From Mantamonas sphyraenae STR306 (Eukaryota > Protista > CRuMs): 64,000 bases of DNA. Of this stretch, positions 11,501 through 23,702 are shown in pieces. The notes under the pieces were generated by a model that was not told where the DNA came from, ran no database searches, and saw only the letters and a program-made list of their open reading frames with translations. The number at the start of each line of letters is the position of its first letter. The first letter of the stretch is position 1. The translations under genes were made by a program, and so were the position numbers. The stretch covers positions 1-64,000 of the forward strand of contig JAPMXV010000059.1 of the NCBI GenBank assembly GCA_026936335.1. The letters are read 5' to 3'.

Positions 11501-14500
11501 ACTCTCGCAAAAAGGTCGACAACTGCGGTGTCTGCGGAGGCGACGACTCCTCATGCCGCGGCTGCGACGGAACCTCTACCCCAAGGGCAACAAGAAGGTC
11601 AAGGACAACTGCGGCGTCTGTGGCGGCAACAACACAGCTTGCCGCGGCTGCGACGGCAAGCTCTACCCGAAAGGCGGCAAGAAGGTGGAGGACAAGTGTG
11701 GCGTCTGCGCAGGCGACAACTCGGCCTGCCGCGGCTGCGACGGTAACCTCTACCCGAAAGGCGGCAAGCCCGAGAAAGACGATTGCGGAGTTTGCGGCGG
11801 CGACGATTCATCGTGCCGCGGCTGCGACGGCAAGCTCTACCCCAACGGCGGCAAGCCGGAAAAGGACCAGTGTGGAGTCTGCGGCGGCGACAACAGCGCC
11901 TGCCGCGGCTGCGACGGCAAACTGTACCCCAAGGGCAACAAGAAAGTCAAAGATGACTGTGGTGTGTGCGGCGGCGACAACACAGCCTGCCGCGGCTGCG
12001 ACGGCAAGCTCTACCCCAAGGGCGGCAAGGTTGTCAAGGACAAGTGTGGCGTGTGCGGCGGCGACAACTCCGCTTGCACAGGCTGCGATGGCAAGATCGT
12101 ACCGCCTCCGGGCACCCCGGCCAAGAAGGACAACTGCGGCGTCTGTGGCGGCGATGACTCCACCTGCCGCGGTTGCGACGGCAAGCTGTACCCCAAGCCA
12201 GGCACAAAGGTGGTGAAGGACAAGTGTGGCGTGTGCGGCGGCGACAACAGCAAGTGCACAGGCTGTGACGGCAAGATTGTGCCCCCTCCGGGCACCCCTG
12301 CACACAAAGACGAGTGCGGCGTCTGCGACGGAGACAACACAGCCTGCAAGGGCTGCGACGGCAAGCTCTACCCCAACGGCAACAAGAAGGTCACCGATTC
12401 CTGTGGCGTCTGTGGCGGCAACAACGCAACCTGCACTGGCTGCGACGGCAAGCTCGCTCCTCCTCCTCACCATCCGGCCAAGGTCGACAAGTGCGGCGTC
12501 TGTGGCGGCAACAACACAGCCTGCACCGGTTGCGACGGCAAGATCGTCCCTCCTCCGGGCAAGCCCGCAAAGAAGGACAACTGCGGCGTCTGCGCAGGCG
12601 ACGACTCGTCCTGCCGCGGCTGCGATGGCAAGCTCTACCCCAACGGCGGCAAGAAGGTCAAGGATGCCTGTGGCGTTTGTGGCGGTGACAACAGCGCATG
12701 CCGCGGTTGTGACGGCAAGCTCTACCCCAAGGGCAACAAGCTGGTCAAGGACAAGTGTGGCGTCTGTGGCGGCGACAACTCGGCATGTACAGGTTGTGAC
12801 GGCAAGGTCGTGCCCCCTCCGGGCAAGCCTACGCAGAAGGACGACTGTGGCGTGTGCGGCGGCGACAACACCGCCTGCAAGGGCTGCGACGGCAAGCTCT
12901 ACCCCAAGGGTGGCAAGCCAGTCAAGGACAAGTGTGGTGTGTGTGCAGGCAACAACAGCGTGTGCACAGGCTGTGACGGCAAGATCGTGCCTCCTCCGGG
13001 CAAGCCGATGGCAAAAGATGCGTGTGGCAAGTGCGGCGGAGACGGCAGTGCATGCAAGGGCTGCGACGGAGTCCATCACTCGGGCAAAAAGTACGACAAG
13101 TGCGGCGTCTGCGGCGGCGACGACTCTTCTTGCAAGGGCTGCGACGGTGTGCCCAACTCGGGCAAAAAGACCGACGACTGTGGCGTCTGCGGCGGCGACA
13201 ACACAGAGTGCAAGGGTTGTGACGGCAAGCTCTACCCCAAGGGCAACAAGAAGGTCAAGGACAACTGCGGCGTGTGCGGCGGCGACGATTCATCGTGCCG
13301 CGGCTGCGACGGCAAGCTCTACCCCAAGGGCGGCAAGGTCGTCAAGGACAACTGTGGCGTGTGCGGCGGCGACAACACAGCATGCAAAGGCTGCGACGGC
13401 AAGCTGTACCCCAACGGCAACAAGAAGGTCAAGGACAACTGTGGCGTGTGCGGCGGCGACAACACAGCCTGCAAAGGCTGCGACGGCAAGCTCTACCCCA
13501 AGGGCGGCAAGGCCGTCGTCGACAAGTGCGGCGTCTGTGCAGGCGACGACTCATCCTGCAAGGGTGTGACGGCAAACTGTACCCCAAGGGCAACAAGAAG
13601 GTCAAGGACGACTGCGGCGTCTGCGGCGGCGACAACAGCGCTTGCCGCGGCTGCGACGGCAAGCTCTATCCCAAGGGCGGCAAGGTTGTCAAGGACAAGT
13701 GCGGCGTGTGCGGTGGCAACGATACCGCTTGCGTCGGCTGCGATGGCAAGCTCTACCCCAACGACGAGCCCAAGGGCCACGACAAGTGCGGCGTCTGCGG
13801 CGGCGACAACAGCAAGTGCACGGGCTGCGACGGCAAGATCGTCCCTCCTCCGGGCAAGCCCGCCGCCAAGGACAACTGCGGCGTATGTGGCGGCGACGAC
13901 TCGTCCTGCCGTGGCTGCGATGGCAAGCTCTACCCCAAGGGTGGCAAGGTTGTAAAGGATGACTGTGGCGTCTGCGGCGGTGACAACAGCGCATGCCGCG
14001 GCTGCGACGGCAAGCTCTACCCCAAGGGCAACAAGCTGGTCAAGGACCAGTGTGGTGTGTGCGGCGGCAACAACTCGGCATGTACAGGTTGTGACGGCAA
14101 GGTCGTGCCCCCTCCGGGCAAGCCTACGCAGAAGGACGACTGTGGCGTGTGCGGCGGCGACAACACCGCCTGCAAGGGCTGCGACGGCAAGCTCTACCCC
14201 AAGGGTGGCAAGCCAGTCAAGGACAAGTGTGGTGTGTGTGCAGGCAACAACAGCGTGTGCACAGGCTGTGACGGCAAGATCGTGCCTCCTCCGGGCAAGC
14301 CGATGGCAAAAGATGCGTGTGGCAAGTGCGGCGGAGACGGCAGTGCATGCAAGGGCTGCGACGGAGTCCATCACTCGGGCAAAAAGTACGACAAGTGCGG
14401 CGTCTGCGGCGGCGACGACTCTTCTTGCAAGGGCTGCGACGGTGTGCCCAACTCGGGCAAAAAGACCGACGACTGTGGCGTCTGCGGCGGCGACAACACA

Positions 14501-17500
14501 GAGTGCAAGGGTTGTGACGGCAAGCTCTACCCCAAGGGCAACAAGAAGGTCAAGGACAACTGCGGCGTGTGCGGCGGCGACGATTCATCGTGCCGCGGCT
14601 GCGACGGCAAGCTCTACCCCAAGGGCGGCAAGGTCGTCAAGGACAACTGTGGCGTGTGCGGCGGCGACAACACAGCATGCAAAGGCTGCGACGGCAAGCT
14701 GTACCCCAACGGCAACAAGAAGGTCAAGGACAACTGTGGCGTGTGCGGCGGCGACAACACAGCCTGCAAAGGCTGCGACGGCAAGCTCTACCCCAAGGGC
14801 GGCAAGGCCGTCGTCGACAAGTGCGGCGTCTGTGCAGGCGACGACTCATCCTGCAAGGGGTGTGACGGCAAACTGTACCCCAAGGGCAACAAGAAGGTCA
14901 AGGACGACTGCGGCGTCTGCGGCGGCGACAACAGCGCTTGCCGCGGCTGCGACGGCAAGCTCTATCCCAAGGGCGGCAAGGTTGTCAAGGACAAGTGCGG
15001 CGTGTGCGGTGGCAACGATACCGCTTGCGTCGGCTGCGATGGCAAGCTCTACCCCAACGACGAGCCCAAGGGCCACGACAAGTGCGGCGTCTGCGGCGGC
15101 GACAACAGCAAGTGCACGGGCTGCGACGGCAAGATCGTCCCTCCTCCGGGCAAGCCCGCCGCCAAGGACAACTGCGGCGTATGTGGCGGCGACGACTCGT
15201 CCTGCCGTGGCTGCGATGGCAAGCTCTACCCCAAGGGTGGCAAGGTTGTAAAGGATGACTGTGGCGTCTGCGGCGGTGACAACAGCGCTTGCCGCGGCTG
15301 CGACGGCAAGCTCTACCCCAAGGGCAACAAGCTGGTCAAGGACCAGTGTGGTGTGTGCGGCGGCAACAACTCGGCATGTACAGGCTGTGACGGCAAGGTC
15401 GTGCCCCCTCCGGGCAAGCCCACGCAGAAGGACGACTGTGGCGTGTGCGGCGGCGACAACACCGTCTGCAAGGGCTGCGACGGCAAGCTCTACCCCAACG
15501 GCGGCAAGCCCGAGAAGGACAACTGCGGCGTGTGCGGCGGCGACAACACCGCCTGCCGTGGCTGCGATGGCAAGCTGTACCCGCAGGGCAAACCGCTTGC
15601 CAAGGACCAGTGTGGCGTCTGTGGCGGCAACAACACAGCGTGCCGCGGCTGCGACGGTAAGCTCTACCCCAACGGCAAGCCCCTGGGCAAGGATGCATGT
15701 GGCGTCTGCGGTGGCGATGACTCGTCCTGCCGCGGCTGCGACGGCAAACTCTACCCCAACGGCGGCAAGAAGGTCAAGGACCAGTGTGGCGTGTGTGCCG
15801 GGGACAACTCGGCATGCACAGGCTGCGACGGCAAGGTCGTACCCCCTCCGGGCAAACCCACTCAGAAGGATAACTGCGGCGTCTGCGGCGGCGATGACTC
15901 GTCCTGCAAGGGCTGCGACGGTAAGCTGTACCCGAAGGGTACTCCCAAGGCGGTGGACAAGTGTGGCGTGTGTGGCGGCGACGATTCATCGTGCCGCGGC
16001 TGCGACGGCAAACTCTACCCCAAGGGCAACAAGAAGAGCCTGGACAATTGCGGCGTCTGCGGCGGCGACGACTCGTCCTGCCGTGGCTGCGACGGCAAAC
16101 TGTACCCCAAGGGCGGCAAGGCCGTCAAGGACCAGTGTGGCGTGTGTGGCGGCGACAACAGCAAGTGCAAGGGCTGCGACGGCGTGCCCAACTCGGGCAA
16201 GTCGTTTGACGCCTGCGGCGTGTGTGGCGGCGACGGATCCAAGTGCGCCGGCTGCGACGGCGTGGCCAAGAGCGGCAAGAAGTACGACCCGTGTGGCGTG
16301 TGCGGTGGCAACGGCAAGAGCTGCGCAGGTTGTGACGGCGTGCCCAACTCGGGCAAGAAGGTCGACCCGTGCGGCGTGTGTGGAGGAGACGGCAAGAGCT
16401 GTGCAGGCTGCGACGGCGTGCCAAAGTCGAACAAGACCAAGGACGCATGCGGCGTGTGTGGCGGCAACGGCAAGAGCTGCGCAGGCTGCGACGGCGTGCC
16501 CAACTCGGGCAAGGACGTCGATGCTTGCGGCGTGTGCGGCGGCAACGGCAAGAGCTGTGCCGGTTGCGACGGCAAGCCGAAATCGGGCTTGAAACTGGAC
16601 GCGTGTGGAGTGTGTGGTGGTGACGGCAGCACCTGCAAGGGTTGCGACGGCAAGTTCTATCCCAAGGGAGGCAAGAAGGAGGTGGACCGCTGCGGTGTGT
16701 GCGACGGCAACGGCAAGTCGTGCGTCGGATGCGATGGCGCAGCCGTGCCTCCTCCGGGCAAGCCCAAGAAGAAGGACAACTGTGGTGTGTGCGGCGGCGA
16801 CGATTCGTCGTGCCGCGGCTGCGACGGCAAGTTGTATCCCCATGGCCACAGGAAGACAGTGGACAAGTGCGGCGTGTGTGGCGGTGACGACTCGTCGTGC
16901 CGCGGATGCGACGGCAACCTGTATGTCAACAGCACCAAGCTGGCAAAGGACGCGTGCGGCGTTTGCGGTGGCAACAACGCAACCTGCACCGGTTGCGACG
17001 GCAAGGTGGTGCCTCCTCCGGGCAAACCCGCACAGGAGGACAAGTGCGGCGTGTGCAAGGGAGACTCGTCCACGTGCCGTGGCTGCGATGGCAAACTGTA
17101 CCCGGACGGCAACAAGAAGGTCAAGGACGCGTGCGGCGTGTGCGGAGGCAACAACGCAACCTGCACGGGTTGCGACGGCAAGCTGTATCTCACGGGCAAC
17201 AAACCCGTGGTGGACAAGTGCGGCGTGTGTGGCGGCAACAACACAGCGTGTGCAGGTTGCGACGGCGTGCCCAACAGTGGCATCAAGCCAGACGGCTGCG
17301 GCGTGTGCGGAGGCAACGGCAAGACGTGCGTCGGCTGCGACGGACGCTTTGGCTCCAACGCTGTCTACGACGGCTGCGGCGTGTGCGGAGGCAACAACTC
17401 GACTTGCTTCGGCTGCGACGGCACCCCGCACGGGAACAAGACGTACGACGCCTGCGGCGTGTGCGGAGGCAACAACTCGACCTGCATCGGCTGCGACGGC

Positions 17501-17854
17501 ATTGTCAACAGCGGCAAGGTGTACGATCTGTGTGGCGTTTGCAACGGCAACAACACAGCCTGCCTTGGCTGCGACGGCGTGCCCAACTCGGGCAAGACCT
17601 ATGACTTTATGGGCGTGTGCTCAAACAGCTCCAACGCAACAGCCACAGCCGTGGTGGGCGGCCTTGCTGCAGGCGCTGCCGGTGGTGTGGGTGTCATGAG
17701 CTACTTCCTCAAGGGTGTCATGGACGGAGCCAGCCAGGTGAGCCAAGTCACCGACATCGGCAGCAACGTCTTTGATGGCGGAGGACTCAACAACCCTCTC
17801 TACGAGGCCAGTGGCACGACCAACCCGTTGTACAATGCGCCTGGCGAGATATAG
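8563..17854 (+). CDS. ~3000-aa type I membrane protein: signal peptide, CUB-like domain, roughly 90 DxCGVCGGDxSxCxGCDG repeats, GxxxG transmembrane helix, cytoplasmic tail with two NPLY motifs
   Basis: Exon 8563-8677 encodes MMACHIRHTLLILGCLLAALVLG, then intron 8678-8872 (GTACGT..GCTGAC..CAG). CUB-like signature NCWLISP..FGFEAKY. The repeats continue across three ORFs joined by 1-nt deletions at ~11570 and ~13563. C-terminus AVVGGLAAGAAGGVGVMSYFL..NNPLYEASGTTNPLYNAPGEI*. Confidence 0.88.
12777..15367 (+). repeat. Near-perfect 1296-bp tandem duplication inside the Cys-repeat array
   Basis: Identical side ORFs are offset by 1295/1296 (13022 vs 14317; 13642 vs 14938). The unique peptides GVHHSGKKY and PNDEPKGH each occur twice. 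Confidence 0.92.
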
Positions 17855-17946
17855 TATCGCGATGGGATGACGACTGATGAATGAATCGATGATGGAACCC
17901 TCTTTGCTCACGTTGTGAATGGATGATTGGATTGATGTGATCGCCC

Positions 17947-19911
17947 TCACGAAAACTGCTTGCACCCCCAGGGCATCGACGAAAAGTGATTGTACGTGTA
18001 CTTGACTCCACACAGCCAGCAAAACTCGTAGTGGCAGGACCTGCACGTCATGTGGTTGCATCCGCCGTTCTTCTCAATAAACGCCTTGCAGCGCGGACAC
18101 GGCTTGCTGTGCCGCACCACCCACTCTTTGTACTCACGGTCGTTGACCGAACTCTTTTCCACAATGCGCTGGTACTCATCGCAAGTCGTGTCTGGATGCC
18201 ACTCGGTCATGCAGCTGCTGCAGAAAGTAAACTTGCACCGCGGGTTGCTGCACACCATCAGCAGCTCGCCCTCCTCACCCACCATGGCGTTGTTGCAGCC
18301 CGGGCGAGGGCACCAATGCAGGCCCTCCATCTCTTTCAGCGCGTTGCGCAACAGAAAATCCTCGTACCGCGCAAAGTCTGCCTCGTCCGTCACGCTGCGC
18401 ACCTCTTCGTACTTGATCTTGTGTGCACAGTCGGCTGCTGGACACTCGAGGTCGGTGATACCATCCTTGACCTTCTCCACCACGTACGTGCCCAGGCAAT
18501 CGCTGCAAAACTTGTGGTAGCACCCGTCCAGCAGAAACATCTCGCTGTTGGGATACTCCAGATAGCAGATTGGGCACAGGTGTTCCTCTCCGTCGTCTTC
18601 CAGAGCCCGCCTCTCTTTGTGTGACCCCGTGCTGCTGCTGCTTCCGCTGCTGCTTCCGCCCGTTTCCAGCTGCACCTCCAGCTCCTCCTCTTCCCCGGGC
18701 GCCACCACATGCACCACCTTGGCCTTTCCCTTGACTCGTTGCTTGTCCAGAAGAACCTCACTGCTTTGCACCTCTTCCTGCTGCTCTTCCTGCTGCTGTT
18801 CCTCCACGTCCACCTCGACAACTTCCACCTGCGCTTCTTCCTCCTCAGCCTCTGTTTCCGCGGCCCTTTCTTGCACGCGCTTCTCCGTGTACCTCTTCCA
18901 CCGCGTCACCGCCCCCATGGCCAGCTGATACCGTTGAGAGCTCGCGTTGCGACGCAGCTCTGTCCACAGCGAACCCATCAGGGCCTCGTCGTTCTCCTCC
19001 TCGGCCCATGCCTCCACAGCCTCCACCAGGTCCTTGTTTGTGTTGTTGCCCACCTGTTCGTTCTTCAGCATCACCTTGAGCGTCTCATTCAGCTCATTGG
19101 CCTCGATGGCGAGCCTCTCCATCTCCTTCAATCGTCGTCGCAGCCCTTCCACCTCGGCCACCCGTTTGCCATACTCCTCGCCTCCAGCTCCTTGCTCCAA
19201 CTGCCTCTGCAGCATCTCCAGCCTGTCTGTTGCTCCACTCGCACGCTTCTTCTCCTCCACTGCCCGCTGTGCGTATTCCTGAGCAAGCTCACGCAACACT
19301 CGGTTCTCCTTCTTCAGCTGTGCCTTTGTATCCTCGTTTGCCTTGACTGTCCTCTTCATCGATTGCATCTGTATCTCCAGCATCTGATGGATCGTGCTCT
19401 GTGTGTCACCACAACCAACCCCCCACGTTTTCGGGTCAGCGCAAACTCCAACTGCGCTCCCACTTCCGTCGCGCAAAACTCACCCGAGCCTGCTCCACAA
19501 AAAGTGTTCGTCCCAGTGCCTCCACCTCCACCATGCTGCCCACCAATTCGTGCTCCACCTCTGCAAACTGGAGCATCACGTTCTGCGAATCGCCCTTGGG
19601 CAGACTGGACGCCTGTGTGTCAGCGCAAGGAAACTTCTCTCCCCTCACCCTTGTGCGCCCACGTACACTTTGGCTGCCACAATGCGGTTTTGCGACGGAT
19701 GTGGAAACAAATGCACGGCCAGCTCTTCGATGCCCATGCCCGTGGGAACGTTGCGCACAAGCACCGTCCTGTTCAGCGCCCAGTTCTCGTCAAACGTAGG
19801 CGCAAACTCGTCACTCAACATCCTCGTCAGCTTGCCCACAGTGCTGCTGCCCCTGCGGTTGCGCGTCTTTGCCTCTTCCGACCCATCCAGTTCCGGCACA
19901 GTGATGCTCAT
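17947..19911 (-). CDS. RBR (RING1-IBR-RING2) E3 ubiquitin ligase with N-terminal coiled coil
   Basis: RING1 CPICY..CYHKFCSDC..CP; IBR WCPRPGC..C..C.FTFCSSC..WH; RING2 CPRCKAFIEKNGGCNHMTC..C.YEFCWLC. The 5' exons (MSITVPELDG..) are joined through two short GT..GCTGAC..AG introns between ~19400 and ~19670; exact boundaries are less certain. Confidence 0.9.
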
Positions 19912-19997
19912 GAAGACGACTCGTGTGGGTTTGCTTGGCCAGCCCTCCTCGCATGCGCCCAACACATCTCTCGTCCCCCCCCCTCCCCTCCCCAATC

Positions 19998-22055
19998 ATG
20001 TCCATCCTCAAGTTTGAACCATTCTCCTCTGTGGTCGACGCCAGCTTCTGGCATGAGCTGACTCGGCTCAAGCTGGATTTGTACAAGCTGGACGACTCGG
20101 CAGTGCCCATCCACGGCCGCTTTGGCACGGGATACCAGCCGTCCATGCCTGCACGCTTCACTGTCGACACCGATGCATTCCCCACGGGCGACGACGAGCC
20201 GTACATGGCGCCTGCGTACCATTGGCCTGCGCCAGGACAGCTGACAAACACAAACACGCTGGAGCAGTTCCACAAGCTCGACTTTAAGGCCCAGTTTGCC
20301 CAATGCACCGACGCGGTGTGGGAGGACATCACGTCTGGCCGGGCCATCGATGATCCGTCCCTTCTCAACCGCTTCCTCCTGCTTACGTTTGCCCAGGTGA
20401 AAAAGTACACCTACACCTACTGGTTTGCCTTTCCCGCCCTCACCTTTTCGGACAACGTCACCGTGGCCTCGGAGCCGCTGCCCGTGTCCGATGTGTACTC
20501 CGACGACGACGCCGCTGCCATCTGCACCCAGTTCCACGACCTCGGTGGCCCGCAGGTCTTTCTCCTCAGCCGACCCGACGGAAAAGACCACCCGCCGCGT
20601 CTGTCCTTGCTGTCCGACTGGCATGCAGTTGTGTCCGACGGCGATGTGCCCACCGTGGGTTTTGGGGATCCGGGCTCCCGTTCCACCAACCCCGGATGGA
20701 ACCTGCGCAACGTGCTGGTGCTGCTGGCCCAGGCCTTTGGCGTCTCCTCCCTCGACGTCCTGTGCTACCGTGAAGCGCCGGGGAAGCAGGACATCTCCAA
20801 CAGCATTGTGCTCCAGGGGGTGACCCTGCCACCGCTGCCAGACACCCCACACGCCGTGGGGTGGGAAAAGAACAAACGGGGCAAAACGGCACCTCGCAAG
20901 GTGGACCTGAGTGGTATGATGGATCCCAAACGACTGGCATCCACCTCTGTGGACCTGAATCTCAAGCTCATGCGATGGCGTCTGTTGCCCGAGTTGGATC
21001 TGGAGCTTGTGCAGGGTCTCAAGTGTCTGCTGCTCGGCTCGGGCACCCTCGGCTGCAACGTGGCACGCACCCTCATGGCCTGGGGTGTGCGCAACATCAC
21101 TTTGGTGGACAATGGCAAGGTGAGCTTCAGCAATCCGGTGCGCCAGACCCTGTTTACCTTTGAAGACTGTCTGGACGGAGGACGCCCCAAGGCCCAGGCT
21201 GCTGCAGACCGCATGCAGCTCATCTTTCCCGGCGTCAATGCACGTGGCCTCAACCTGTCCATCCCCATGCCCGGCCACGCCGTCGCAAAGTCCTCCGAGG
21301 CTTCTGTGCGTGATGCCGTCGCCCAGCTGGAACAGCTTGTCAAGGACCACGATGTCATCTACCTGCTCATGGACACGCGCGAGAGCCGATGGCTGCCCAC
21401 CCTTCTGGGTGCTGTCCATGGCAAGCTTGTCGTCACCTGTGCCCTTGGCTTTGACAACTATGTGGTCATGCGTCACGGCGTCGACGCTGACCGTGTTTCC
21501 AGCCCTGGATCTTCCTCCTCTTCCTCCTCCTCTTCCTCCTCCGCTTCCTCCTCTTCCATCCAGCCGGGTCCCCGTCTGGGCTGCTACTACTGCAACGACG
21601 TGGTGGCACCCACCGATTCGCTGTCCGATCGCTCGCTGGACCAGCAATGCACAGTCACGCGCCCGGGTCTGTCCATGATGGCCAGTGCCGTGGCGGTGGA
21701 ATTGGCTGTGGCGCTCATGCACCACCCTCTGCGCACTCTGGCACCGGCCGACACAAAGGTGCAGCTGACCACACAGACACAACATCCGCTGGGTCTGCTG
21801 CCACACCAATTGCGTGGCTTTCTGACCCACTACACGTCTGTGTTTGGTGTGTGCGAGGCGTTTGACAAGTGTACCGCATGCTCGCAGATTGTGGTCAACG
21901 AGTACGAGCGACGAGGCGCCGACTTTGTCCTGGACGCCTGCAACGACTCGGACTTTCTCGAGACCATCTCGGGTCTCAAGGACATGAAGGCGGCCATGGA
22001 TGCCATGGATTTCGAAGCATTTGACGATGACGATGACGATGTGGATGATTTTTGA
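19998..22055 (+). CDS. ATG7: Autophagy E1-like enzyme ATG7
   Basis: LKFEPFSSVVDASFW, NPGWNLRN, VDLNLKLMRWR, LLLGSGTLGC, SFSNPVRQ, MDTRESRWLP, RLGCYYCND, and LDQQCTVTRPG (catalytic Cys). Confidence 0.97.
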   Translation: MSILKFEPFSSVVDASFWHELTRLKLDLYKLDDSAVPIHGRFGTGYQPSMPARFTVDTDAFPTGDDEPYMAPAYHWPAPGQLTNTNTLEQFHKLDFKAQFAQCTDAVWEDITSGRAIDDPSLLNRFLLLTFAQVKKYTYTYWFAFPALTFSDNVTVASEPLPVSDVYSDDDAAAICTQFHDLGGPQVFLLSRPDGKDHPPRLSLLSDWHAVVSDGDVPTVGFGDPGSRSTNPGWNLRNVLVLLAQAFGVSSLDVLCYREAPGKQDISNSIVLQGVTLPPLPDTPHAVGWEKNKRGKTAPRKVDLSGMMDPKRLASTSVDLNLKLMRWRLLPELDLELVQGLKCLLLGSGTLGCNVARTLMAWGVRNITLVDNGKVSFSNPVRQTLFTFEDCLDGGRPKAQAAADRMQLIFPGVNARGLNLSIPMPGHAVAKSSEASVRDAVAQLEQLVKDHDVIYLLMDTRESRWLPTLLGAVHGKLVVTCALGFDNYVVMRHGVDADRVSSPGSSSSSSSSSSSASSSSIQPGPRLGCYYCNDVVAPTDSLSDRSLDQQCTVTRPGLSMMASAVAVELAVALMHHPLRTLAPADTKVQLTTQTQHPLGLLPHQLRGFLTHYTSVFGVCEAFDKCTACSQIVVNEYERRGADFVLDACNDSDFLETISGLKDMKAAMDAMDFEAFDDDDDDVDDF

Positions 22056-22174
22056 GGCATTCAAAATGCAGGGAATGTGTTGGTGCTTTTGTTCTTTCCT
22101 GCTGATCCGGGTTTGCTGTTGCGTGCCACACGCGGGGGGCTGCGGTTCGCCCAGGCACACGTCACACGTCACTC

Positions 22175-23023
22175 TCACTCCACCAGTTCGGAGACTGCAA
22201 AGCGCAGCTCCTCCTCGGTGACGTCAAAGTTAAACTCGATGAGCTCGAGGTAGGCAAACTCGAGCTCATTGATGTGCTTGAGGGAAATGCCACCGATGGC
22301 ACTCCACATCTTGTTGGAGTAGCGCTGGTCCTCGCAGAACTTGGTGGCCAGGAGCACACTCATGAGCAGGAGCTTGTGCACGTTTGTTCGGCTCACGCGC
22401 ACGCGTCCGCTGCTCTGCAGGCGGCCCAGATAGATCATGGCCACCACGTAGCAGGTGTCGCTGATGTCGCTGTACTTCCTTATCCTGGCCATGTACGGCT
22501 CGACGCCGATGCTGGCGCACGTGTTGGATTCCAGGTTGAACTTTGCGCTCAACTCGTTTTCCCACGGCTCCTCGTCGTCCGCCTCCTCCTCGCACAGGCT
22601 GTTCTCTTTCTTGGCGCTCCAGTCACCAAAGACACTCTCCACCTCCACATCCTCCACCAGCTCCTCGCTCATGGCCGAAGCCATGCTCACGTTGGAGCCG
22701 TTTGAGGCATTGCGACGGTGGCCTCGGGTCCGCCTGCCGTTCGCGTGTGCCTCCAGTGCCTCCTTGGTCAGACTGGACGGGCTGCTGCTGCCGTCGCGCT
22801 CCACGCACGCTTCAAGCAGCTCCAGGATGCGGTCCAGAAGGGCGCAGTTGCAATCGCCCGTGTCAAACGCCACGCCGGCGTCGCGACGAGTCGATTTGTG
22901 GCAAGTGCTGCAACGCCCTCCTTTGCGGTGTCCGCTCTCCTCCACCATCATCTCTGCCTTGATCTCCTTCTCCACTTCCACCTCGTCTTCCTTCATGATC
23001 GACGTTCGAAACGTGTGCATCAT
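22175..23023 (-). CDS. PHO80/P-type (cyclin-U-like) cyclin
   Basis: IGVEPYMARIRKY..CYVVAMIYLGRL..NVHKLLLMSVLLATKFCED..YSNKMWSAIGGISLKHINELE..YLELIEFNF. Start codon uncertain. Confidence 0.88.
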   Translation of the reverse strand: MMHTFRTSIMKEDEVEVEKEIKAEMMVEESGHRKGGRCSTCHKSTRRDAGVAFDTGDCNCALLDRILELLEACVERDGSSSPSSLTKEALEAHANGRRTRGHRRNASNGSNVSMASAMSEELVEDVEVESVFGDWSAKKENSLCEEEADDEEPWENELSAKFNLESNTCASIGVEPYMARIRKYSDISDTCYVVAMIYLGRLQSSGRVRVSRTNVHKLLLMSVLLATKFCEDQRYSNKMWSAIGGISLKHINELEFAYLELIEFNFDVTEEELRFAVSELVE

Positions 23024-23702
23024 TGTGTCGCCCTTGCTATGGGTTTCTGTGCTCGGTTCGCTTCGTCGTCGGGGGGGTGCCAAAAAACGCTTGAAAAAAA
23101 CGCCTTCTTTGCTGAGTATTTCTCGCAGTGTCGGTGGCTGTCGTGTGTCTCACTACACTCAAGTAGGCTCACACACAAGCTAGTGCTTCCGTTGGTGGTT
23201 GCGTGAAATGTGGGTTGCGCGCGTTGCTCTTGCTGCGGTTGCTGCTCGTGTCGTCGTCGCTTCTCCGTGTCGCTGACGTGGATTGGGCGTCGATGTTTTT
23301 GGATACGTGCGGCTCGCTTGCGTTGCTTTCTCTGTCGATTGGCCTGCTGCTGCGGTGTCAAATGCACTCGGACAAGCTGGCTATCTGTAGGGGTACTGTG
23401 TTCCTGGACAGAGGGCGTATGGGGGTTGCTCAGAAAAGAAAAGAAGGGGCCAAACGGGGGTTGTGGGTTGGCGTTCTTTCCTCAGGGGTCGCTGGGTTGT
23501 GTTTTTTGGTCGATTCCCCTCGCGCATCGACCTCGCATCCACCTTTGAAACATCCCAACCACATGCCCATTCTCCACGGTGCTGTAATGATGAATCGCCA
23601 TCCCTCTCCCCTCTTTGTCGTGCACGCACACTCATGGCTCTTCCAAAGCGAAAACCGTCAAGCTCCATTGTCCGTGGCCACACACACTCTCTCTCTGGCT
23701 CT

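Noticed and set aside
9890-17620. The ~75-93-bp periodic array as a CRISPR array or satellite
   Set aside because: The units are in-frame coding repeats with synonymous variation and recurring linkers, in a eukaryotic context with no cas genes.
23024-23702. ORFs in the longest intergenic gap (e.g. 23203-23706)
   Set aside because: No motifs and atypical composition; more likely the cyclin 5' region and REEP 3' UTR.
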